42,819 nucleotides of DNA from positions 1 to 42,819 of IMG/VR virus record IMGVR_UViG_3300036713_000250. One strand, 5' to 3'. Each line of letters starts with the position of its first letter. Within the stretch, counting starts at the first letter, position 1. Source of the DNA: a virus (taxonomy: Duplodnaviria; Caudoviricetes). Shown here piece by piece: positions 8,817-16,238 of this stretch. The notes beneath the pieces are model-generated. The model had not been told where the DNA came from. It made no database searches and was given only the letters and a program-made list of their open reading frames with translations. A program made the translations under genes and the position numbers.

Positions 8817-9491
8817 ATGAAGACTGCGGTAATAATGCAACGTCAGTTTAATGGTAAAACTATTCGTCAAAATTCAAAGACGGAGTTTTTGAATTTAAAT
8901 GATCTCATGGATTGTTTTTTAGAAGATAATCCAAAAAGCACTAAGAAGGTAGAAAACTATATGCGTCTTAGCCAAACTCAAGAATTTGCTGAAACTATAA
9001 GGGAGGCTGAACTAGAAGCCAAAAAACAAAATACCCATAAAAATGGTGAATTAACTTTGCCCTTAATAGAGCCAGTAAAAGTAATTGAAACAAAAAGGGG
9101 AAAGAATGGGGGTACTTGGGTTCACCCATATTTATTTTTAGATTTTGCAATGTGGCTAAATCCTAAATTTAAATTGTGGGCAATGAGTATTATTGAAGAT
9201 AAATTAATTAAGTTAAGAAATGAAGCGGGGAATAAGTTTAAAGAGATGCAGCAAGCTTTAAAATTATCAGGAGCAGTAAGCCCTAGAGAATTTGCAAAAG
9301 AGGCAGCTATGATTAACATGATAATTTTCGGGACAAAGGCAGGAGCTAGAAATTCTGCGGACGAGGAAAAGCTTGATCTTTTAAATAAATTACAAAAATA
9401 TAATGCACATCTTATTTCTCAGGGGATGTCACACTCTTCAAGAAAAAAAGAATGTGAAAATTTTGTAAAGTTTTATAATTTTATTAAATAA
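8817..9491 (+). CDS. KilA-N domain DNA-binding protein
   Basis: IRQNSKTEFLNLNDL...YMRLSQTQEF...RGKNGGTWVHPYLFLDFAMWLNPKF is the KilA-N signature. Confidence 0.9.
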   Translation: MKTAVIMQRQFNGKTIRQNSKTEFLNLNDLMDCFLEDNPKSTKKVENYMRLSQTQEFAETIREAELEAKKQNTHKNGELTLPLIEPVKVIETKRGKNGGTWVHPYLFLDFAMWLNPKFKLWAMSIIEDKLIKLRNEAGNKFKEMQQALKLSGAVSPREFAKEAAMINMIIFGTKAGARNSADEEKLDLLNKLQKYNAHLISQGMSHSSRKKECENFVKFYNFIK

Positions 9492-9502
9492 CAAAAACAA
9501 TT

Positions 9503-9739
9503 ATGGAAAAGAAATATAAACCATTATATAAGATAGGTGATGTAATAGTGTTCACTTGCTTTGAAAGTGGAGGATTATTACAAACTGTTATTAAGTATGC
9601 TTATTTTGACGAAAAAGAAAAAGAATGGATGTATGTAGGTAAAACAGGAATAGAAGATTCTGATGGTTCAGTTTATGACTTTAAGCTTAATGAATGGATT
9701 AATACTATTTCTGAAAAAAATATCGCTTTCAAATTGTAA
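9503..9739 (+). CDS. Hypothetical protein
   Basis: 78-aa ORF with a TAAC motif 10 nt before the ATG. Confidence 0.7.
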   Translation: MEKKYKPLYKIGDVIVFTCFESGGLLQTVIKYAYFDEKEKEWMYVGKTGIEDSDGSVYDFKLNEWINTISEKNIAFKL

Positions 9740-9762
9740 TTCCCCACAACACCTGTTACAAT
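9734..9762 (+). promoter_or_regulatory. Putative lysis-cassette promoter TTGTAA-17-TACAAT (extended -10)
   Basis: -35 at 9734-9739, TG at 9754-9755, -10 at 9757-9762. Confidence 0.55.
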
Positions 9763-9787
9763 GTAAGTTGCTTATAACCATAACAAT

Positions 9788-10681
9788 ATGGCAAAAGAAG
9801 AATTATATGGTGGAGCGGTAGACAAGCCCGATCCAAGGGATTATAAAGCCGTCCATCTTCTTGGTGCAGAAATAGGAGGTTTACCAGATGAGGTGGATCT
9901 TTTTAATACTAATGCCAAGAACCAGGGCAACAGTATGAAATGTACGGCTTACGCTCTCACACACGTCTTTGAAATTCTTAATCGACTGGAACATCATTTA
10001 CAGATTGTATTGAGCGCAGACGAGCAATGGAGCAACCAGAAAGCAGATGGAGGAGCTAGTGAAGCTTATGGAGATTCGTTACAGCACGCTATGAAGATTT
10101 TAAAAGATAAGGGTTTAAAGAATAGGGAGAAAGGGATTGATTTAGACAAGTTCACAATTACTGGATATGCACGAGTTAATCATAGTGAAAACAGTTTTAA
10201 GGAGTGGTTGTCAAGGGGGTATCCAATATACACAGGAGGAACTTATACAGGCACTAATTTTAAGTTAGCAAGGAGAACAGGGTACTGGTCAGGGATAGAT
10301 GGAAAAAGGATTAGTGGTCATGCCTTTGCGATTGTTGGCTATGATAATAATGGTTTTAAAGCTCTGAATAGTTACGGTAAAGATTGGGGTAAATTCAAGA
10401 ACGGAACTTTTTATATTCCTTATAACAAAACACAAGATACTTATAATGGATATATTGTGTTTGATACAAAGGATATTAAGATGATTTATAGAGATGTATC
10501 AGAGAAGTCGCCGTATGCGGAAGCTATTAAAATTTGTTTAGATAACCAAGTTTTGAGAGGTCATAATTCTGATAATATTTATGATCCTAAAGATAGGTTT
10601 TTTAAACCAAATCAAGCAGTTACAAAGGCAGAACTAGCACAATTTGGAGCTAATTTAATTAAGAAATTTAACTTACAATAG
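9788..10681 (+). CDS. Papain-like (C1) cysteine peptidase with C-terminal SLH domain; putative lysin
   Basis: NQGNSMKCTAYA (Q, C), GHAFAIVGYD (H), LNSYGKDWG (N). SLH-like YRDVSEKSPYAEAI...FKPNQAVTKAE. Followed by a holin-like gene. Confidence 0.8.
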   Translation: MAKEELYGGAVDKPDPRDYKAVHLLGAEIGGLPDEVDLFNTNAKNQGNSMKCTAYALTHVFEILNRLEHHLQIVLSADEQWSNQKADGGASEAYGDSLQHAMKILKDKGLKNREKGIDLDKFTITGYARVNHSENSFKEWLSRGYPIYTGGTYTGTNFKLARRTGYWSGIDGKRISGHAFAIVGYDNNGFKALNSYGKDWGKFKNGTFYIPYNKTQDTYNGYIVFDTKDIKMIYRDVSEKSPYAEAIKICLDNQVLRGHNSDNIYDPKDRFFKPNQAVTKAELAQFGANLIKKFNLQ

Positions 10682-10682
10682 T

Positions 10683-10925
10683 ATGGAACAAACAATAACA
10701 CTTAGCGGATTAGCAGTATTATTAATTGGATTCGGTACACAGTTTTTGAAAAAGAAATATCCTAAGATTGATCCTCGTGTATTCTCTTTTGCAATATCAG
10801 CAGTATGCGGATTGATATATGCTTTAAGTAAAACCTTTATTCCAGAGGAAATATTAGCTAGATTGCTTACGTTTGGAATCCTAGCGTGGGGGGCGACTAC
10901 AAGCCTTTACCAGATACAAAAATAA
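10683..10925 (+). CDS. Putative holin
   Basis: 80 aa with 2-3 hydrophobic segments, 1 nt after the putative lysin. Confidence 0.7.
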   Translation: MEQTITLSGLAVLLIGFGTQFLKKKYPKIDPRVFSFAISAVCGLIYALSKTFIPEEILARLLTFGILAWGATTSLYQIQK

Positions 10926-10950
10926 TTATGATTGCGTTATTAGTACTTTT

Positions 10951-11017
10951 ACAAAAAACCAGCTCCTAGTTTATCAACCAATGGGTTACAGGAACTATCA
11001 GGAAGCTGGTTTTTTGT
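10951..11017. terminator. Long stem-loop / bidirectional terminator at the convergence of late and early arms
   Basis: ACAAAAAACCAGCT...AGCTGGTTTTTTGT outer stem with inner CCT/AGG, AGTT/AACT and AACC/GGTT pairing. Confidence 0.75.
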
Positions 11018-11426
11018 TTAGTAGTTCTGGGTTTTCATGGATGTTTCCTATTACTTTAATATTGTTGCGACATTGAGGAAACATGCTTATAGCTCTTAGC
11101 CCTACATCTTTTGGCAAAGACCAAATAGTAAATGAAGGGGCCATTAAACTTGAACTTTTACCGTTAAAGACATTTTCTTGTTCTTCATATATGTTATCCC
11201 ATTTCACTTCTCCTAACACTTTCGCCCCTTTATAGAACTCACACTCTAATATATCCCCTTCATAAATTTCTTTACTATTCTTGTCCTTGAGGCCCGTGTA
11301 TTGCATATAGATTTGATCTTCTTCAGAAACTGTTTCTCCAAAAAAGTCGCTCAATAAAGGATAGTCTCTAGAGTAATCCATTTCTTTTAATCTTTTATCC
11401 CATATCCTAAATTTTATTTCTCTCAT
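10998..11426 (-). CDS. YopX-family protein
   Basis: MREIKFRIWD...MQYTGLKDKNSKEIYEGDIL...VIGNIHENPELL. Confidence 0.92.
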   Translation of the reverse strand: MREIKFRIWDKRLKEMDYSRDYPLLSDFFGETVSEEDQIYMQYTGLKDKNSKEIYEGDILECEFYKGAKVLGEVKWDNIYEEQENVFNGKSSSLMAPSFTIWSLPKDVGLRAISMFPQCRNNIKVIGNIHENPELLNKKPAS

Positions 11427-11761
11427 TTTATAGGGGTTATTAATATTTCAATATATTCTTTCTTAGATTTAAACTTTTCTGCAGTTATACGTTTGACATA
11501 TTTATCATCTAGTAATATGCCAGATTCTTGCAGTGCGTCAAGCAATGGTTTCAGGAGATTATCTATATCAGTTGTAGCATAATGTTTGATATAGAATTTA
11601 AGATCAAGCGTACACCATTTAACTTCTTCATTATGTAGTTTGCAATCTTTAATTATCCAGCTAAATTCTTCCCTCCATTGTTTATATTTAGGAGTTTTAA
11701 ATTTACGTCCGCACCATGCTTGATTTACTGTCATTGGCTTAATATTGACTTGTAATTTCAT
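11423..11761 (-). CDS. rusA: RusA-like Holliday junction resolvase
   Basis: P-x-T-V-N N-terminal motif and DIDNLLKPLLDAL...GILLDDKYV catalytic motif. Confidence 0.85.
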   Translation of the reverse strand: MKLQVNIKPMTVNQAWCGRKFKTPKYKQWREEFSWIIKDCKLHNEEVKWCTLDLKFYIKHYATTDIDNLLKPLLDALQESGILLDDKYVKRITAEKFKSKKEYIEILITPIK

Positions 11762-12399
11762 AATAAAGATTGTTGTTTAAATGTTGTATCTTTTATATTA
11801 AAGGCTTCATTAAATATGTGTAAGCCAAGTTTAGGGTGTACACAATTTCTTAAAACTTGTGCGGGGCAATGATTGTTTTTGTAGTAAATATTTCCTTCAT
11901 ACTCTAGCCCTAGCCATTTTTTTAATTCTTCAGCTCCTTTTACATTATCTTTATCTATAAATCCAGAGGGGGTGGAAAAGTCTTTATAAGTAATATCAAA
12001 GTTGCACCAGATCCAATGTCTTCCTATTTCTTTTGGTTTTATAAGAGGATTATAATAAGCTTTTACGTTTTCAACTATCCACTTGCCCTTAAACAATTCT
12101 TTTAATAATATAATTTCCTGATACAAGCTCATATCAGGGTAAACTCTTATATCGTGCTTAGTGGCTTTTACCATCCTTGAATGGCTTTGACATGGTGGAC
12201 TACTCCAAATAAAATCAAACTCTTTAAAGTGTTCTAAAAGATATTCGTGTGCATCAGCTATTATAACTTTATCATTAGGGAAAAAGTCTTGATAAATTTT
12301 AGCAATATCTGGATTAATTTCTACCGCAGTTATATTATGATTGTTCCCCCATAACTTCCTATTACCTCCTATACCAGCATATAGATTTAATATTTTCAT
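11758..12399 (-). CDS. Compact DNA (cytosine-5) methyltransferase
   Basis: Motif I LYAGIGG, IV SPPCQSHS, VI VENV, X-like LRNCVHP. Confidence 0.85.
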   Translation of the reverse strand: MKILNLYAGIGGNRKLWGNNHNITAVEINPDIAKIYQDFFPNDKVIIADAHEYLLEHFKEFDFIWSSPPCQSHSRMVKATKHDIRVYPDMSLYQEIILLKELFKGKWIVENVKAYYNPLIKPKEIGRHWIWCNFDITYKDFSTPSGFIDKDNVKGAEELKKWLGLEYEGNIYYKNNHCPAQVLRNCVHPKLGLHIFNEAFNIKDTTFKQQSLL

Positions 12400-12548
12400 A
12401 TACCTATACCATTATGTTTTTTACCTGCTTTATTTTTCCGTTCAATAGTTTCATAGTCCTGTTTAATTTCTCCTTTTTCTATTTGTTCTTTGACATAATC
12501 AAGATAACACATTTTCTTTTTAGGTTTATCATTGACATGAGGATTCAT
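12396..12548 (-). CDS. Small hypothetical protein (ATG 12548 preferred over GTG 12632)
   Basis: ATGA overlap with the methyltransferase. The upstream extension runs through a hairpin. Confidence 0.55.
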   Translation of the reverse strand: MNPHVNDKPKKKMCYLDYVKEQIEKGEIKQDYETIERKNKAGKKHNGIGI

Positions 12549-12587
12549 GGTGATATTTTTATATTGTAAATTTTCATAGGATGAGGT

Positions 12588-12624
12588 TGCCAAGAGGAGA
12601 TAAAAATCTTCTTCCCTCTTGGCA
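12588..12624. repeat. Inverted repeat / stem-loop
   Basis: TGCCAAGAGG-17 nt-CCTCTTGGCA with perfect 10-bp arms. Confidence 0.85.
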
Positions 12625-12647
12625 TATCTCACAAAACAAGAAAGAAC

Positions 12648-12746
12648 TCAACAAAAGTTAACGGCTATATATAATAAACAAAAGGCTAAACCAGTAAAGA
12701 GTCCAATAATGGCTCCCTGTAAGAACTGAGTGATTTTATCGTCCAT
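12648..12746 (-). CDS. Unannotated 32-aa membrane peptide MDDKITQFLQGAIIGLFTGLAFCLLYIAVNFC
   Basis: Hand translation; TAAC 10 nt upstream; one hydrophobic helix. Confidence 0.65.
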   Translation of the reverse strand: MDDKITQFLQGAIIGLFTGLAFCLLYIAVNFC

Positions 12747-12819
12747 AGTTTTTGAGGTTACGAGATATACGTTTGTGTGAGCGTAAAAGGTTATATAGTT
12801 TTGTCCAAAGTTTTATCAT
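12736..12819 (-). CDS. Unannotated 27-aa cationic peptide MIKLWTKLYNLLRSHKRISRNLKNYGR
   Basis: Hand translation; TAAC 10 nt upstream; overlaps the next ORF. Confidence 0.5.
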   Translation of the reverse strand: MIKLWTKLYNLLRSHKRISRNLKNYGR

Positions 12820-12830
12820 TTATAAATTGG

Positions 12831-12983
12831 TTAAGAGTCACAAGCTTCAAAATATACTAACGTAGCGAAACAGTATAAAAATAATTTAAGCAACATGTAA
12901 TACCCTTCCGTTGGAAGTTTTGAGCCTAAAAGAATTGCGGCTGCAATTACCATAAAGATTATCCATTTTTTAAGCGTGTCCAT
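12831..12983 (-). CDS. Unannotated 50-aa two-TM protein (holin-like)
   Basis: MDTLKKWIIFMVIAAAILLGSKLPTEGYYMLLKLFLYCFATLVYFEACDS; TAAC 10 nt upstream. Confidence 0.7.
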   Translation of the reverse strand: MDTLKKWIIFMVIAAAILLGSKLPTEGYYMLLKLFLYCFATLVYFEACDS

Positions 12984-12994
12984 TTGTTTATTGG

Positions 12995-14287
12995 TTAGAT
13001 TCTAAAGTTAAAAGTTTCATCTACTGATTGTCCAGTAATTTCAGTTAAACAAGCTAATACATTTTTATTCCAATTGTAGTCAGAGCTTGCATATATTTTC
13101 CCAGTACCGCCCCCTCCTGGTGATAGTTGTCCTATATTAGTATGAGAACCTAAATACTGATTATTCAAAGTTGATCCCATTGCAAAGATAGCATCTTCTA
13201 AAGTGTCAAAAGATTTACTAGAGGTCGCCGTATTTCCAACATTTCCGATATTATTTTCTGTTCTAGTAGCTTTTCCTAATGTTGTGTCAGCCATAGCGAT
13301 ACATACTAAAACTTCTGGCTTAATTTTATGAGCCTCACCAGCCTTGTTAAATATATCTGCTAGAGGTTTAACGTCATCAGCAGCATATTGTTGTAAATAT
13401 GCAGCTAATTTGTCGTCATTACTTCTATGCTTCCTTAGAGCCTCTAAGTCTTCTCCATGAGGTGAGTTAGTATACTCAGGGTATGCAGTGGCGTTATGTT
13501 CTACTCGATACTCAAAGTGGATATGACATCCTGTACTCTTTTCACCCATTTGCAAATCTCCCACGCATCCCCCTGTACTTCCAATTTTCTCACCAGTCTT
13601 TACAATAGATCCATCATCTACCCAAATTTGTTTCATGTGTCCGATTGCAAAATTATAATGCACATTGTTCCAATCCCAATGAAGCTCTACAGTAAGCCCC
13701 ATAGTGTCATAATTCTCAACTATCTTAACAGTATATTCTTTAACATCGTCATGTATAACACCCTCATCATCCATCCATTCATAAGAGGGGGCATAAGCAA
13801 CAAGGTAACGACCATCAGTAGCTATATCAGTAGCCATATATCCGTTGTTGGCAAAGTGTTCTCTTTGTGATTGAGAAACATTTGCGGAGCTAATTCCATC
13901 TGCTCTATTGAATATATAATAAAGCTCATCAGGAGAGAGAGAGGCCGTAGCCTCTCCTTCCCCTGTACCCTCTCCGCTTCCTAACGAGTCAGTAATTGAC
14001 GCTGGAACCAAACAACCAGCATCAACGGTCGTACTTAAACTATGTACTTCTTCATACTCAATATCTAATTCATCATCATAAAAATCTGCTAATTGTTCTT
14101 TAGCTTGTTCAACATTGAACAAACAACTTTCATATTCTAGTTGATCTAATTCAGCTTGTTTTATCTTGATGGCTTCAATATAGTAATCAGCTGTTTTTGT
14201 GTGCATGGCATTCGATAATGCCATTGCGGGGATTGTAATAGCTAAGACAGCTATAATAGGAATAACATATTTTTTGACAGTTTCCAT
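12995..14287 (-). CDS. Secreted/membrane-anchored cell-wall hydrolase: M23 peptidase plus lysozyme-fold (glucosaminidase-like) domain
   Basis: N-terminal KKYVIPIIAVLAITIPAMA signal, then coiled coil. ATDIA, GHM, VKTGEKIGSTG and STGCHIHFEYR match M23. IKPEVLVCIAMADTTLG...NNIGNV...YAS..NW is lysozyme-like. Start 14287 chosen on the TAAC motif (ORF track: 14323). Confidence 0.8.
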   Translation of the reverse strand: METVKKYVIPIIAVLAITIPAMALSNAMHTKTADYYIEAIKIKQAELDQLEYESCLFNVEQAKEQLADFYDDELDIEYEEVHSLSTTVDAGCLVPASITDSLGSGEGTGEGEATASLSPDELYYIFNRADGISSANVSQSQREHFANNGYMATDIATDGRYLVAYAPSYEWMDDEGVIHDDVKEYTVKIVENYDTMGLTVELHWDWNNVHYNFAIGHMKQIWVDDGSIVKTGEKIGSTGGCVGDLQMGEKSTGCHIHFEYRVEHNATAYPEYTNSPHGEDLEALRKHRSNDDKLAAYLQQYAADDVKPLADIFNKAGEAHKIKPEVLVCIAMADTTLGKATRTENNIGNVGNTATSSKSFDTLEDAIFAMGSTLNNQYLGSHTNIGQLSPGGGGTGKIYASSDYNWNKNVLACLTEITGQSVDETFNFRI

Positions 14288-14398
14288 TTGTATGAGGTTA
14301 TGGATATTTTTGTTTTTTGACATTTATAGTATGTCGTACTTTTTATCTATTTTTATTTTTGTTTCATTTGGTGGGGTTAATTATTACTAACTATGTAT

Positions 14399-14427
14399 AT
14401 TCTAGCACACTACTTTTACAATGTCAA
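14399..14427 (-). promoter_or_regulatory. Sigma70 promoter TTGACA-17-TAGAAT with extended -10
   Basis: -35 at 14427-14422, -10 at 14404-14399, preceded by TGC. Confidence 0.85.
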
Positions 14428-14588
14428 GGGGCAAGTTTGTATATTTCTATAAATATTTTTTTAGTTACTTCCGTTATCTTACTGTTGTCTATTGGTTTGA
14501 TAATCTCTAACTCAACGGCTTTCTGGATTAAGCTTTTTATTTCTTCAATTAGTTCTTGTGATTTGTCGAGTGATCTTTGTTTTTCCAT
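14424..14588 (-). CDS. Unannotated 54-aa hypothetical protein (MEKQRSLDKSQELIEEIK...)
   Basis: Hand translation; fills a gap in the - strand operon. Confidence 0.65.
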   Translation of the reverse strand: MEKQRSLDKSQELIEEIKSLIQKAVELEIIKPIDNSKITEVTKKIFIEIYKLAP

Positions 14589-14603
14589 TTTGTGTTTTAA
14601 GCT

Positions 14604-14843
14604 TTAATCAGTTTTATTTTTTTTGTACAGCTTTATCATTTTTTCGACCTTAACTTGTTTTCCTTTTTCAAAATAAATGTGAAGGGCACAATTGCAATCT
14701 TCACAAAGATAGGGCTGTATTATGTCAAAATCTTTACCATCATACATTGTGATTATTCCTGCTCCACTTGGTCTTACGTTTCTGTGCTCACATTCATCTT
14801 CTGATAATTCATTACATTCTATGTCATTTTGCTTTTCTTCCAT
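14604..14843 (-). CDS. Small Cys-rich hypothetical protein
   Basis: CEH...CEDC zinc-ribbon-like spacing; ATG 14843 preferred. Confidence 0.65.
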   Translation of the reverse strand: MEEKQNDIECNELSEDECEHRNVRPSGAGIITMYDGKDFDIIQPYLCEDCNCALHIYFEKGKQVKVEKMIKLYKKNKTD

Positions 14844-14855
14844 ATATTTGTTCAA

Positions 14856-15035
14856 TTAGTTTTTAAGTTGCATCAATTCAATTATCCTTTGTCTTAAATC
14901 ATCATCAAGGAAACTTACAGCTTCAACTGATAGATCATCCCCTAGAATCTCTTTTACCTCTCTAGCTGTTTCATCAATTTCCTTGTATTTATCAAGCACG
15001 GTATAAGGTGCGTCAATTGTTTCTTTTTTGTTCAT
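14856..15035 (-). CDS. Unannotated 59-aa acidic hypothetical protein (MNKKETIDAPY...)
   Basis: Hand translation; TAATG overlap with the upstream gene. Confidence 0.7.
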   Translation of the reverse strand: MNKKETIDAPYTVLDKYKEIDETAREVKEILGDDLSVEAVSFLDDDLRQRIIELMQLKN

Positions 15036-15274
15036 TATGTTTTGATAATTTGATAAATTCTTATTTTGAATCCGTTAATTTCTGAATACACTCCATTGTT
15101 AATAGCTAATTTTATTTCTTTTATAGGAAGGTTAGCGGGTGAGCAATATTCTAATTGTTTATTTTTAAATCTAAGCGTAAAATCCTGAGCTGCTTCTCTT
15201 CCTTGTGTTCTATCGTGCATCATTCTGCTAGAATCGTCTGATCTAAACTGTCCAATAATGCTTAAATATTTCAT
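15035..15274 (-). CDS. Hypothetical protein
   Basis: ORF track; TAAC 10 nt upstream. Confidence 0.7.
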   Translation of the reverse strand: MKYLSIIGQFRSDDSSRMMHDRTQGREAAQDFTLRFKNKQLEYCSPANLPIKEIKLAINNGVYSEINGFKIRIYQIIKT

Positions 15275-15278
15275 ATTA

Positions 15279-15485
15279 TTAAGTGTTAGAATCTATTTCT
15301 TTCATTACTTTGTCAAAACAAGGTCTACAATATCCATGAGAGATACAGAGACTAATAGGCTTGTGAAAGAAAGCTTGCAGTTCTTGTATTTCTTTTATAA
15401 TTTCTTGCTCAGTAGTTGGAAGAGCCTCGTTGTTATCTCCCACTTCATGCTTACACTCACAGCATACTCTTTTAATATTGCTCAT
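15279..15485 (-). CDS. Small zinc-finger-like protein
   Basis: CCECK...SHGYCRPC. Confidence 0.7.
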   Translation of the reverse strand: MSNIKRVCCECKHEVGDNNEALPTTEQEIIKEIQELQAFFHKPISLCISHGYCRPCFDKVMKEIDSNT

Positions 15486-15736
15486 AGGTCTGGGTTAGGA
15501 ATAGCTTTTATATTATCATCAGCCACTTCTCCATAAGGATAATCACTAGCTGCTCCCGCCTCTCTAGCACATTCCTCAGAGCAATACATTTCACTTTCGA
15601 CCATAACGTCCCTACATCTTTTACACGTCTTAGCGAGCTTTTCAAAGCGTCCTATTTCATCTATTATCTTTTCAAGATGTAAGCCTTGACCCATAAATAT
15701 TTCCTCTCCCTGATTGTTTTCTATTGTAATTTTCAT
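15482..15736 (-). CDS. Small zinc-finger-like protein
   Basis: CKRC...YCSEEC. Confidence 0.7.
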   Translation of the reverse strand: MKITIENNQGEEIFMGQGLHLEKIIDEIGRFEKLAKTCKRCRDVMVESEMYCSEECAREAGAASDYPYGEVADDNIKAIPNPDL

Positions 15737-15748
15737 AGTGTGTTTGGT

Positions 15749-15943
15749 TTAAATAAATATAGTATCATAATCAGTTTTCTCAGCTCTTAATACGACATAC
15801 CCCTCTTTGCCAAGCTTTTTCTTAGTAAGCTTAATCGCCCCGATTATCCCTTTTGCCTTTACAAGGTGGGTTTTACGGCCTTTGATGCCATCATACTCAT
15901 CAAAGTGTTGTACTTCGACTTCATAATAATATGTGTTTTCCAT
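15749..15943 (-). CDS. Hypothetical protein
   Basis: ORF track; TAAC 9 nt upstream. Confidence 0.7.
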   Translation of the reverse strand: MENTYYYEVEVQHFDEYDGIKGRKTHLVKAKGIIGAIKLTKKKLGKEGYVVLRAEKTDYDTIFI

Positions 15944-15961
15944 AGTTTTGAGGTTAGGAAA

Positions 15962-16099
15962 TTATTTATTATAATACTGATTAACAATCTTAGTCATTAT
16001 AGCGTTGCGATGTTGCAACTCTTGCTTTGCTTGCCTCTCAATTCTATCTACTAACACTTCGGGCAAGGTTACTGTAATCTGTCTTCGTTTTATTTTCAT
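15962..16099 (-). CDS. Unannotated 45-aa ribbon-helix-helix (CopG/Arc-like) regulator
   Basis: MKIKRRQITVTLPEVLVDRIERQAKQELQHRNAIMTKIVNQYYNK: alternating beta-strand, LP, two helices. Confidence 0.75.
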   Translation of the reverse strand: MKIKRRQITVTLPEVLVDRIERQAKQELQHRNAIMTKIVNQYYNK

Positions 16100-16121
16100 A
16101 TTGTTATTATTAACTGTAATA

Positions 16122-16150
16122 AGGTTATATTAACTTGAACTAAATGTCAA
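16122..16150 (-). promoter_or_regulatory. Putative promoter TTGACA-17-TAACCT upstream of the RHH gene
   Basis: Perfect -35 at 16150-16145; the -10 keeps the T, A and final T. Confidence 0.55.
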
Positions 16151-16153
16151 GAG

Positions 16154-16234
16154 AATAAACTCATAGATGTTTCGACTAGCTTTGGTTCTAGTTAATCTCC
16201 GCCATTTATTTTTTTCAGCATCTATGAGTTTATT
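16154..16234. repeat. 16-bp perfect inverted repeat with 49-nt loop
   Basis: AATAAACTCATAGATG at 16154-16169 and CATCTATGAGTTTATT at 16219-16234. Confidence 0.9.
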
Positions 16235-16238
16235 TTTT

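Noticed and set aside
8664-8870. 68-aa - strand ORF over the KilA-N promoter
   Set aside because: Non-ATG start, crosses hairpins and the KilA-N start, no recognisable features.
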